Below, in pieces: positions 63,201 through 64,000 of a stretch of DNA of 64,000 nt. Location: NCBI GenBank assembly GCA_965235115.1, contig OZ249436.1:27468001-27532000 (forward strand), written 5' to 3'. Each line of letters starts with the position of its first letter. Positions within the stretch are counted from its first letter, which is position 1. The position numbers and the translations under genes were made by a program. Source of the stretch: Laetmonice hystrix (lineage: Eukaryota). The notes below the pieces were generated by a model. The model was not told the origin of the DNA. It saw nothing but the letters and a program-made list of their open reading frames with translations, and did not search any database.

Positions 63201-64000
63201 CTGGTTTTCACCCCACCCCACGTACCCCCAGCTACACCAGATGGATGGTTTTCTAAAGCCATCATGACCGGCTCTCATTGTTGGCCAACTCCCCGGTCCG
63301 TGAGAACATCTCACCGAGCCGTAACCTTTGTCGTGTTTCAACGCTGGCGGCACTCTCCTTTTTTCTCCCCCCTAGCCCCCCTCCCACCCGCCACCAGCCC
63401 GGTCTATGTGAGCAGGGTTCTGTCGACAGGTGTAGGTCTCCACACAATCCGAGAGTAACAACCCCCGGCAGGCTAGCCTTGCGGGAAGCGCCTGCCGCCA
63501 GTCAACCTCACTGCCTGGTGTTGGTGATCTCTTGCCTGATAACGACTGTAAAGAAAACAAACTGCTCCGCGCTCAGCCAGCCCATGAGGAATCGTGATAA
63601 TATACTTGGCATGCTTCTGTCAGTCTCCAGTGACAGATGATACACCATGGAGACTGTGGCAGCCCGGGAGTGGGTGAAAACCCAGGCTCGCCTCCTATAC
63701 CGCCTCCGTCATGCGCCATATAATATAACCTGTCCATTATCACCCAGATGGGCCGCTAAGTCGAAGAAGAAGAAGAAGAAGAAGCAGACCCAGCGAGTAA
63801 TTATTACCGATCAACTCAACGCGTATTTGCCACAGATCACATAATGTATAACTTCATGGCATAATTGAGTATCTATAGAGTTCCACATAAAACGATGATA
63901 TTTCATACTACTTCATACCAACGAGTTGTATACTCGTTGTTCATACCGAGGTTGGAGCTGGCGGGAGGGGGAGAGGGAGGGGGTTAGTTATGTCGGAAAC

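Noticed and set aside
1..64000. Conserved miRNAs, tRNA/rRNA genes, homeobox or bHLH exons
   Set aside because: A visual scan found no matches to the sequences I recall. Small exons or RNAs could have been missed without Rfam or BLAST searches.

Overview
This is eukaryotic DNA, most likely from an invertebrate animal. That assignment is inferred from microsatellites, poly-G/C runs, splice-like signals, non-LTR retrotransposon remnants and little CpG depletion. The window is almost entirely non-coding and resembles a large intron or regulatory intergenic region. I found no recognisable host gene, RNA gene or CRISPR array, and the long ORFs in the track are read-throughs of tandem repeats. About 13% of the window (~8.4 kb) lies in ten minisatellite arrays, most with 33-44 bp units and many with an internal palindrome. 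One array has an exact 680-bp higher-order duplication and another switches unit length from 33 to 39 bp. The only recognisable protein homology is a 5'-truncated non-LTR retrotransposon C-terminus with its 3' tail (54.26-54.84 kb). There is also a clean 140-bp PIF/Harbinger-type MITE with a TTA target-site duplication, a Tc1/mariner-like MITE, a few candidate exons and several enhancer-like motif clusters. I cannot support a new biological system from this sequence; the minisatellite architecture is the best lead.
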